From contig VJWM01000007.1 of the NCBI GenBank assembly GCA_010909165.1, forward strand, positions 310,001 through 374,000: DNA of 64,000 nucleotides, written 5' to 3'. This DNA comes from Anthoceros angustus. Its lineage: Eukaryota > Plantae > Anthocerotophyta. Position numbers and translations under genes: made by a program. Shown one piece after another: positions 47,639 through 58,560 of the stretch (position 1 is its first letter; each line of letters opens with the position of its first letter). A model generated the notes under the pieces. The model did no database searches. It had not been told where the DNA came from and saw only the letters and a program-made list of their open reading frames with translations.

Positions 47639-49494
47639 CCAATGACCCCCGGCGCCTTGGGCTGCATCGCGTTCCGCCCTCCTTACTGCCTCTTCCGCCT
47701 CCTGCCACTCCGTTGGGAAAGGTAAGGGCACCGGAGCTGTCCTTGGAATGGTGGAAGCGGGTGCCTGTTTCCTCTTCTTTGCTTCCCTCTTGGTCCGTCG
47801 GGGCTCAACGGCTTGGTCCAGAGTAGGTTGCAGGGTCACTGGGGCGACTGCCACCATCTCCATCCCTGTCATAGTAGCCCCTGGGGATGGATGTTCTGGC
47901 GGATGGACCAAGAGGAGGGAAGCGAGAATATCCTCCCATACTTCCCTTGGAGGAGAGAGGGTCCGCTCCAGGCGTATGGAGTCCGGAATTCCCTCCCAGT
48001 CCTCGTCTTGCTGGGTGCGCCTTGCCTTGGGCGGGCGGCCCTCTAGTTCGTGCACTCTTTCCTTCCGCTTTGCCTTCGGCAGAGTCGCCAGCCCTTTCCG
48101 GAGCGCTCGCTCCTCCTCCCCTTCCTTTAGAAGGTTGAGATGTCCCCACACATGGACAATGAACGGAGACAACAATGACGGGGGTGGCCTCTTGTTCCTC
48201 AACTTCCTCGACTCCCGAGCAATATGGGCGAAGATGATCCGTCCCCAATCCGCCCTCTTGCCTCTCTGAAGGGCATGCAGGAAAACTAGCAGATTGTCAC
48301 CAAGGTGGTCTACCTAGGTGAGCATGTTCCAGTGGACAATAATCTTTGCCACTGCCCTCACTCGTCGGTCCATCAGGTCCGACATGAGCCATCCGTTAGA
48401 GGACCGCTGCGTCCTCGGCCTCAGGAGCGCCACCTTCGCGGCCTCCACCTTCCCCTTCACTTTTAGGGGCTCTGGCACTACGCCCCCTTCTTCCTCGGTT
48501 GGGCGATCATAGGCCGCCCTAAGGACTTTCACAGTCCACCTCCTCGGGTCCTCCCACAAACTCTTAGAGCGGACAGACTTGGTAGTAGCCGCTAACATCT
48601 TTCGGGTGTATTCCTGGACCAACGCCACGCTATCAAAGGTTCATATTGCCTGGAAAATGTCTAGGTGCCACTCCTGCACCAACTCCTTCGCCTCAGCCAG
48701 CCAGGGCCCGAAATCTGGGTAGCGCCTTGTGACGATGTTTTTCTCTACCAGGCACTAGGGCTCCCAGACCTCCGCTGTCTTCTTGGGTCACATGCTTGCG
48801 CTCTAGCTGATCCGCTGCTAAGAAATGGTGGGCAAGGATACTCCCGCCAAGTTCCGAAGCAAGGAGCGCGCAGTTCGAAGGCGATGGCCACTCGGCGATA
48901 TGCTTGTGCGTCGGAAGAGAAGGCGCCAGAGAGCGAGTGACCGCGAAAACTGCTGAGAATTCGGTCGAGAGAATGGCCTTCTCTCAGTGTCGGAGCGTCG
49001 GGAGTAACTGAAGCGCGGGAAGACGTCCTTTCACTGCCAAAAACTGCCAGAATCCTGCATCGTACTCTAGCTTTACGCCGCCGCCTTCTTGGCGCATGTC
49101 CTTGGGTCGTGGTTACCTGTCTATAACGGCCGCTGACAACCCTGCGGCCCTGGTCCCCTGTGGACAACGGACTCTCCTTGGGTTTAGGAAATAAGATGGG
49201 TTTGTTTTTTCTCGTAGGTATGGAGTGTAAAATAAGGCGGAAAGGGAGGAAGAAGCACGGACGGTACTCCGGACTGTACTCCGGACTGCACTCCGGACTC
49301 CGGGGTAGGTAACGAACCCTGGAGCCCACTCCGGAGGACCTCCGGACCACGCACCGGAGTACCGGGATAAGTCCGGACCCCACTCCGGGTCAGAACAGGA
49401 TAAGTACGCCAAGGAAAGTAACTTAGAAGTTGGAGCGTGAGTTAGACAGGGCGGCACCACGTGGACGGTGGTGAGAGGTGAACGGGCATGCAGC

Positions 49495-52400
49495 AGGCCA
49501 GGACCGTAGGGTTGCCAGTGGCCGTTATAGGTAGGTATTCACGCCGGGCGGCAGAAGTCTAGAGTACGCCGAAGATGTTGGCGGCCAACAAGGAGGTCCG
49601 ATCAAGAACCTGGGAGGCAGAGGGAAGAGCGCAGGAGGCAGAGGGAAGAGCCTTCCGCGGCGGTTACTTCCGACGGAGAGAAGCGAGGCGGAGGTCATTC
49701 TCCCAAACCACTTCGCAGCGAGTTTCGCATTCTCTCGCCGACACCGCCTTCGGGCGTTGTCTTTTTTATCACTCCGGCACCCTTCGGCGCAGTTTGACTT
49801 GGCGAGAGAAGCAACTGACACCGCGGCCGAGGAGCGGGAGAGGGCGAAGCCTCACGCCCCAATGCGGTGGAGGCAAGATGGGACCCAAGAAAGCGGCGGA
49901 GGCGTGGGAGCCATGGCGCTTGGTGGAGCGCAACATTGTCACCAAGCGCTACCCGGACTTTGGTCCGTGGCTGGAGGAGGCGGGGGAGCTGGTGAAGGAA
50001 TGGCACCTGGACATTTTCCAGGCCGTCTGGACCTTCGACAGCGTCGCCTTAGTCCGGGAGTACGCCCGGAAGATGTTGGCAGCGGCCAACAAGGAGGTCC
50101 GATCCAAGAACCTGCGGGAGGACCCTAGGAGGTGGACCGTGGAGGTCCTGAGGGCGGTTTACAACCGCCCAGCAGAAGAAATTGGGGGCGTAGTTCCGGA
50201 GCCCCTCAAGGCAAGAGGAAAGATAGAGGCGGCAAAGGCGGCAATGCTGAAGCCAGGGACGCAACGAACAACCAACGGCTGGCTGATGTCGGATTTGCTC
50301 GACAGGAGGGTGAGAGCAGTGGCCAGGATCATTGTCCACTAGAACATGCTCACCAAGGTCGATCACCTTGGTGACAATCTACTGGTGTTCCTGCATGCTC
50401 TGCAGAGGGGAAAGAGGGCAGATTGGGGGAGGATCATCTTCGCCAGGGTCAATCAGGAAGCTCGCAAGCTAAGGTGCGAGAAGCCCCCTCCGTCGGCGTT
50501 ATCGTCGTTTTTGATTCATGTGTGGGGGCACGCGAACCTCTTGAAGGAGGGTGAAGAGGAACAAGCACTGTAGGGCCGCCCACCGGGAGGCAGAGGGAAG
50601 AGCGCAGGAGGCAGAGGCCCGCCCCCGAGTAAGAGGGTCCGGAGGAGGGCAGTCGAGGGAATTCAGACTCCATACATTTGGAGCGGACCCCCGCCACCTA
50701 GGGAAGTGTGGAGGACATCCCCGCCTCCTCCCCGGTGCCCCACCGAGCAGGAGGCAGAGGAAAGAGGCGGCCACAGATCGGAGTTGGCGGCCCAGAGGCT
50801 AAGAAGAAGGCGAGTCCTCGCCGAATCGAGGAAGGGAAACGCCGGAGGCGAGGGAAGAGCGCAGGAGGCGGAAGACGGTGCACCGCAGGAGGCGGAAGAC
50901 GGTGCCGTGCCTTGCACCAGCGGAGTGGCAAGAAGCGGAGGAGGAGGCGGAGGCGAGAGGACGCCCAAGGAGCGGAGGCCACCGGCAGCAGCCTCACCCG
51001 AGCTCCGCCCTGCCTCCGACCGGGAGAGGAAAAGGGCCAGCCCCGACCCTTCACCACCTCCAAGCCCCGGAGAAAAGGGCGGAGAAGGAGTTAGCGCCAA
51101 GAGGGCCAAGGAAGGTGAGGCTCCTGACTCAAAGACTGTGGACCTAAGGGTCCCGATTAGGTCCGAGAGCCCCGACTCGCCCGGATCGGTGATGGTGGTC
51201 CTTGACGGACCAGGAGATGCCCATGCCCACAGCAGACTTCCTAGGCATCTCCTCAAAGAAGTGGAAGAAACGCTGTAGTTTCCCGCTACATGGACGTATG
51301 CTTTGGGGTCTCTGAACAGGAGAAGACCCAAGAAGTGAGGAGGAGGCGGAGGCGAGAGGACGCGCCCAAGGAGCGGAGGCCACCGGCAGCCTCACCCGAG
51401 CTGCCCTGCCTCCGACCGGGAGAGGAAAAGGGCCAGCCCCGACCCTTCACCACCTCCAAGCCCTGTGAGAAAAGGGCGGAGAAGGAGTTAGCGCCAAGAG
51501 GGCCAAGGAAGGTGAGGCTCCTGACTCAAAGACTGTGGACCTAAGGGTCCCGATTAGGTCCGAGAGCCCCGACTCGCCCGATCAGATGGTGGTCCTTGAC
51601 GGATCAGAGATGCCCGCCCACGCAGACTTCGGCATCTCCTCGCGCCGTGGAAGAAACGCGGCGAAGTTCTACCGCATGGACGGTATGCTTTGGGGTCTCT
51701 GAACAGGAGAAGACCCAAGAAGTGGAGGCCACCGGAGGATGGTGGAGCTCAAGGTAGATCACCTTGGTGACACCCATCGGTGTTCCCGCATGCCCGCAGA
51801 GGAAAGAGGGCGATTGGGGAGGATCATCTTCGCCAGGGTCAATCAGGAAGCTCGCAAGCTGAGGTGCGAGAAGCCCCCTCCGTCGGCGTTATCGCCGTTT
51901 TTGATTCATGTGTGGGGGCACGCGAACCTCCTGAAGGAGGGTGAAGAGGAACGAGCACTCCGGAAAGGGCTGGCCGCTCTACCGGAGGCAGAGGGAAGAG
52001 CGCAGGAGGCAGAGGCCCGCCCAGTCCGGAGTAAGAGGGTCCGGGAGGAGGACGACTGGGAGGGAATTCCAGACTCCATACGTCTGGAGCGGACCCCCTC
52101 GCCACCTAGGGAAGTGTGGGAGGACATCCCCGCTTCTCTCCTCCTGGTGCCCCACCGGGAGGCGGCAGGAAGAGGCGGCCAGATCGGAGTTGGCGGCCAA
52201 CAAGGAGGTCCGATCCAAGAACCTGGGAGGACCCTAGGAGGTGGACCGTGGAGGAGGCGGAAGACGGTGCACCGTCAACGCAGACCTGTGAGCCTGTTGC
52301 CTCGCCAACGGAGTGGCAAGAAGTGAGGAGGAGGCAGAGGCGAGAGGACGCCCAAGGAGCGGAGGCCACCGGCAGCAGCCTCACCCGAGCTCCGCCTGCC

Positions 52401-55400
52401 TCCGACCGGAGAGGAAAAGGGCCAGCCCCGACCCCTCACCACCTCCAAGCCCTGTGAGAAAAGGGCGGAGAAGGAGTTAGCGCCAAGAGGGCCAAGGAAG
52501 GTGAGGCTCCTGACCAAAGACTGTGGACCTAAGGGTCCCGATTAGGTCCGAGAGCCCCGACTCGAGGTCCGGACTCGGGAGGCGAGAGGTCCGGAGATCG
52601 GACCAGAGATGCCCATGCCCACGCAGACTTCCTAGGCATCTCCTCAAAGAAGTGGAAGAAACGCGAAGTTCTCTCGTCATGGACGGTATGCTTTGGGGTC
52701 TCTACGGAACAGGGGAGAAGACCCAAGAAGTGGAGGCCACCCGGCAGAGGATGGTGGAGCTTCAAGGGCAGGTAGAGGCGGCCCAGGAGGCGAAGAAGAA
52801 GGCAGAGTCCCTCGCTCGAATCGAGGAAGGGAAACGTCGGGAGGCGGAGCGAGAGGTCTGGACGGTTCAGCAAGACCGGACCAAGGTCCTCCAGCTGTGC
52901 GAACAGCTGAGGCATGCGCAGGAGGCCCAAGCACGGGCTGAAGACCTCTGCAGACGAAGGGGGGAGGCGCGGCAGGAGGCGGAGAGGGCTCGCGACCTGG
53001 CCGAGGCGGCCCGGATGGACCAACATCAGACCAGCGAGGCTCAGGTGAAGGCAGCGCTGGAGGCGGAAGCCGCGGCGAAGGGCGACTGGGATCACTACCG
53101 ACGTGATCGGAACCGGTGGAGGGAGACGGCCGGGTAGCTGCCAACTCAAGGCCGAACAGAGGCTGGAGGAGGCCCAAGCACGGTTGAGCCGTGAGGAGGA
53201 ACTGGAGGTCAGCACCCGGGAAATAGCGGACTGAGGTGCACCGCAGGAGGTAGAAGAGCGGGGCAGAGCCGGAAGGCGCAAGGACACTCGAGCCGCAACT
53301 CCAAGACGACGGAAGGTGGAGGGATTCTCAACGAGAGAATCCAAGACTTCGAGCGGAGATAGAGCGCCCGCCTTCGCTTGAAGACGGAGGAGAATAGGCG
53401 GCGGTCCAAGGAGTTCGACGCCGAGGCGGAAGCAGGAGCCGGAGGAAGCTGTGAGTTTGACGGGATACCGCCCGCCTGAGAAGGAAGTGGCGACTCCGGA
53501 AAGGATGAACGGAGGGATGAGAGCGCGGAGGAGGAACTGGAGGTCGCACCCGGGAAATAGCGGACTGAGGTGCAGCAGGAGGTAGAAGAGCGGCGCAGAG
53601 CCGGAAGGCGGCAAGGACACTCGAGCGCAACCCCAAGACGACGGAGGAGGGATTCTCAACGAGAGAATCCAAGACTTCGAGCGGAGATAGAGCGCCCGCC
53701 TTCGCTTGAAGACGGAGGAGAATAGGCGCGGTCCAAGGAGTTCGACGCGAGGTCAAGAAGGAGCCGGAGGAAGCTGTGAGTCGGACGGGATACCGCCCGC
53801 CTGAGAAGGAAGTGGCGGACCTCCGGGAAAGGATGAACGGAGGGATGAGAGCGCTGGAGGAGGAGCAGAGGCTGCTTGTCCGATTGCGGGAAGCAGAGGG
53901 GAGCTCGGGCCCATGTGGAGGAGGCGGGCTTCCAAGAGCTCAAGGAGGAGGCGGAGCTAGAACGACGAAGGGAGGAGGAGAACGTCGAAAGCAGCAAAGG
54001 CTGCAGGAGGTGTCGGAGGCCGCCTTGGCATCAAGGAGGCTGCCCGGCCATGGGCTTGGCAAGCCCGGCTGGTGGAGACGGGCCAGCGGGACACAACATG
54101 CCTAGCCGAGCACCTCCTGGAGGAGGGAGTACCGGTGCTCCGGCCCATGTGGAGGAGGCAATTCACCAAGTCGATTCCGACTTTGCCTACTACCACGCAG
54201 AGCTTCTCAAAGCTCTAGAGGTCCGGACTCGAGGTCCGGACTCGGGAGGCGGAGGCGGGCTTCCAAGAGCTCAAGGAGGAGCGAGGGAGGAAGGCCCCGG
54301 GGACAGCACAACCACGGGGACCTTAGGAGCGCTGTTTGACAACGACGGCAGCAGCGGCGAGGGGGAGCAGCTGGAAGAGCGGGGCATAAGGACGGTCGCT
54401 GCGCCCGAGGTAAGCACTCCGCACCTCACGGGAGAAGGGGAGGAGGGCCTTGGAGGGGCCGAAGAAGGGGCGACTCGAGGCAACCTGGAAGTGGGGGCCT
54501 CATGAACCTTGAGAAGTCCAAATGAGGGGAAACCCGGTGCTCGAGGTCCGGACTTTGTCCAGACTCCTGAAGAACGGCCGGACCCGAGGTCCGGCCTCCT
54601 GAAGAAAGTCCGACTCGAGGTCCGGACTCTAGTGACAAGACCGACCCTCGTGTCCGGCGCCCGAGGGAGGGCCGGGTCCAGAGATCGGACCCGAGGCAGA
54701 TCGGACCCGAGGTCCGGACTGAAGAACGGCCGGACCCGAGGTCCGCCTCAAGAAAGTCTAGACTCGAGGTCCAGACTCTAGTGACAAGACCGACCCTCGT
54801 GTCCGGCGCGAGGGAGGGCCGGTCCAGAGATCGGACCCGAGGTCCGGACTCGAGGTCCGGACCGAGGTCCGGACTCCAGAAAGAAGACCGGACCTAGAGG
54901 TCCGGACTCCGGAGTCGAGACCGGACCCCGAGGTCCGGACTCAGGAGGCGAGGAGGAGCCCCCTCCGACTTACGCAGGGGGAGCAACCAGTCGGTGGCCC
55001 TACCGGGAGAGGACCCACTCGGGGGCCAGGGGAGGAAGATGTCGTGGTGACCGCGGTCATCAGACCGCCGCCGGTAGCCCAACCTGACAGGATTCCGGGA
55101 AGGGGAAGGGGTCCCGCCTCGCGAATCATCCGATTGGGTGCGCCGCAACTGTCAGAGCGGGGGATTGGGCCACCAGCGCCGAGACGGGACCAAGGGCATC
55201 CCCAGGCCCACCACCGACGACGGAGATAGGAGGAAGGGAATAAGATGGTAGGCGGCCGATTAGGGTATACTGAGCTGGCCACCAGCTCAGAATAGGGGTG
55301 TAATAAAGACGCCGACTTGGGCGTAGTATAAGAGGGCTGAGGCTACTCTAGTAAAGTATCTTTCTCTTGGTGTTGATGCTGCCTTCTTGCCCTATGTTGC

Positions 55401-56355
55401 CTTCTGTTAACGCGAGTCCCGAGTCATCGAGCAGCCGACCCCGAGAGATCGATCAAGGTCCCGTGACGGACCCTAACGTGGTGGTGTGTGTGGAAGAGCG
55501 ACTAGGGACCCTTGCTCGTCTGCAGGCGCCTGGCTTTACGACGGGAACGCGGTGAGCCGGAGGAACTCCGGGAGGGCGTGCAGAGCCCGGACGGAGAGGC
55601 CCGGCAGAGCGACGAAGGAGGTCCGGACCGCGTAGCCACCCGCGTTTTTTTCCCAAGGACGATGAGTGTAGTGAGAGTGGTGAGAGGAACGGACTAGAGG
55701 GACGAGTGACGAACTTGAACGACACGGACGCGAACGGGTCCTTAAACGTTTGGCCACACCGGGCCTGTCAGTGAACGTTGCGGGTAGTTAGGCGTAAAAC
55801 GATGGATATGTGTGTTGAGACTGAAGGGTTACTAAGTGAGGTGAGAAACGATTGAAACGTGGCAAACGGAGCCTATCATTCTCTTGGGAGCGGACCCCTT
55901 ACTACAACGACACGGATTGTGCGCGCCTGGCCATCGCCGAAAGTCGCCCATCCTCGATGCCCGGCCCCGCCTCAAGAAAGTCCGGACTGAAGAACGGCCG
56001 GACCCCGAGGTCCGGACTTTTCCGGTTACCTTTCCCAACGGATTTACCGTGTTCTACTCCGAAGTTTAGTCCGAAGTGGCCTACTACGGAGTGGCCTACT
56101 CCGGAGCGTAGTCCAGAGTGGCCTACTCCGGAGCGTAGTCCGGAGTGGCCTACTCCGGAGCGTAGTCTGGAGTGGCACACCCGGAGCGTCCCGCGTACCT
56201 GACTCCATCGCCTCCTGCCGTCCATCGCCATTCCCCCTATTCAACCTTATTTCTCTTTTTCAGCCTTATTTCCCACTCAACACTAACGAAAACCACAAAA
56301 AAAAACTGTCTATTACCTTCCTAAGGGGGAGTCCACAATTTTCTCCTTGTCCACA
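49495..56355 (+). mobile_element. LTR-type element copy B (same family as A, opposite orientation), 5' LTR missing, internally scrambled, 3' LTR 55299-56355
   Basis: ORF MGPKKAAEAWEPWRLVERNIVTKRYPDFGPW...VALVREYARKM...DWGRIIFARVNQEARKL...SALSSFLIHVWGH is homologous to copy A. Purine tract AGAATAGGGG then TGTAATAAAG at 55299; LTR ends in TGTCCACA at 56355. Many internal repeated blocks. Confidence 0.7.
56085..56190. repeat. 27-bp tandem repeat (~4 copies) within the 3' LTR of element B
   Basis: Repeated unit ccggagtggcctactccggagcgtagt. Confidence 0.85.
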
Positions 56356-56739
56356 ATAGCCCTGACTTTGTAATAAAAGTTTGGTGTTTTACTACAGGGC
56401 GTATTTTGGCATTGGCTACTTGATGATGTGGGCACACCACATGGTCATTTACTATGCTGCCCGGGCACTTGAACTTTACTACGGAGTAAGACATTACAAT
56501 CGGGGTTGGTGCTTAACAATGCACCCATTACAACGGTGGTTGATTGTTTTACTATATAGCGAGAGATTACAATGGAGGAGGGTGTTTGGAATGCAAACGT
56601 TTATTACGGGTTGATGCTAGTTTACAATGAACCATGTTTCCAATGGGACAATGCATCAATTACAACGAACGTAACGTGGATACTTATTTTCCAAGGCCTT
56701 TATATAAGGGTTTGAACTTTGAAAATTTGAACTTAAGGG

Positions 56740-58560
56740 TTTGTACATCAAGGGTTTTCAAGAGCATGAGGGTTTCCAAGGGACCATGATGGTTTACACC
56801 ACAATATTAGGGCATCTTATTGAGGACATACATGCATGTGCCACACGGTTTGGTAGTGTTCCTACCTGGTCATATGTACATGACATGGTATTTGAACATG
56901 CCAAGCTCTACCAAAGACAAACAGAGTGCCCGCATACAAAGGCGACAGGGTCCGCGCTTGTGACGGGTAAATATGCCCTCATCCACCACACGTTTGATGC
57001 TGCTCTTCTCAATTCTAAGTACCTTTTCCATTTCGGCCATGAGCATATGGTAGGCCCTGAAATCTTTATCCTCCCAACCCCCAGCCTTCCCCTTCGAGAC
57101 GCTTGTCCGTGTCTCAAACATGTCAACCTCGTTGAGCACACGGTCTAGCTTGTCCAAATGCTTACAGACCAAGGCGATGCATTATGCGCCACAAGTACCT
57201 GTATGAGAGCGAGCTGGGTTTGTCGGTGAGATAGGTGAACTCCTTCTAGTCGTTTGCGTAATGGATATAGAGGTCATACCTGTTGCACAGCATCTGTTGA
57301 CGAACTGAAGGATATGTGGATTCCATTCTAACAGTATGCGCTTCTTCTTCCAAAGCACTTCACTCGCCACAAATCTTAATAGCTAGACTGGTGGACTGGT
57401 GGTGAGTAAGATCTCGCGTGGGTGACATCTCTTTGTAAGCTCTTGAAGTATAAGAGTATCACATAGTAGACACGAATCGTTGTTGATATGCATGGCAACT
57501 AGTTGCCTACAAGAACTCCACACTAGAGTTTCCTAGGTACGAGGACATACTGCCTCAAATGTGTCCAAGTTCATCAGATCGCTCCAAAATAAACACTCCA
57601 CCTCTAACGTAAGAAGTGCCAGATAAACTCCGTGCACTTACTTCTTTAGTGGTCCCATCCCATCAACTCTATGATCCAAAAGCCAAAGTGATATGTTGGA
57701 CACGTGACCATCCTCCTTAAGCGCCCAACTCAACTCTAGCTGAAGTTCCTTAGATGTCTTCGCAACTTGCCACACCTACACATCAACACATCGAGTATCT
57801 ACCTACAAAAGCACCTTCATGTTAAGCACAAGATCAAGGTTCTCAACTTCTCAATCATAGTAAACTGATGCCAAGACAATATCTCATCCACGAAAATTGC
57901 GCTTAATCAGGGGATACTCTAAGATTGCAAGTTCTATTTCGAATCTGTGATCACCCAAACTTTAATTGCAATGTCCATTTCAACGACGGTTGAGTCATGT
58001 GCAAAATGCGGCAAATTGAATCACAATGCATTTCAGCAAACAAACACCAAGATCTTGTAGAGACTTAATGTTAAAAACCATGTGCACATACAAATATAAA
58101 AGCAAAGGACCAATCTACATAAAGATAGTAAATGTGGGATTGCTGATGGGACTTTGTCTCTGTGCTACTCAAATACATACATTTTCCATTCTCCCATAGC
58201 TACCTTAGTCAATAATTTGAGGGTGTTCATAAATCCACTGCGGTGGAGTGTAACTGCAACGTTGTCGGCTTCTTTTACACTCCATATGCGTTGCTCGATA
58301 TAGTGACCTATATATCTTCATTTTCATAATGGACTTTATAAGTTGTGAATGAACAGACATATGGACAGGTCAAAGGGAAGAAAAAAACTTTCAAAGACGA
58401 GTAACAGCCGCTTCTCACAATCATATGCGTCACAATCACAGGCTTCTTTGTACTTAGCAAAAGGCCAATTATAAGAATGCGAAAGCCAATTCATTACTTG
58501 TTGAAAAAGTTGTCTCACATATATCAGGCGAAAGCTCGAACACGTTAAGTTTTTCGTCAT
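56740..58560 (-). mobile_element. Degenerate KDZ (Kyakuja-Dileera-Zisupton)-like DNA transposon transposase remnant
   Basis: Minus-strand fragments: CxC-like EACDCDAYDCEKRLLLV...FDLSICLFIHNL (58336-58560), HRVDGMG (~57670), LWKKKRILLEWNPHILQFVNRCCAT (57182-57370) and HLDKLDRVL...GWEDKDF...IFTRHKRGPCRLCMRAL (56870-57172). Family assignment is from recalled motifs only. Confidence 0.45.

Larger units (their letters stand above)
37520..49470 (-). mobile_element. LTR-type element copy A, no gag-pol detected, one Athila-ORF2-like/coiled-coil ORF (inactivated), interrupted by the Copia insertion
   Basis: Partial 5' LTR at 49159-49470 ends in TGTCCACA. ORF remnants start at ~48790 (RYPDFGPWL..EWHLDIFQ..VALVQEY, DWGRIIFAHI, PSLLSPFIVHVWGH), followed by coiled-coil remnants at 39244-40869. 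A purine tract then TGTAATAAAG marks the 3' LTR start at 38227. Homology to 55299-55950 extends to ~37520. Confidence 0.7.
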
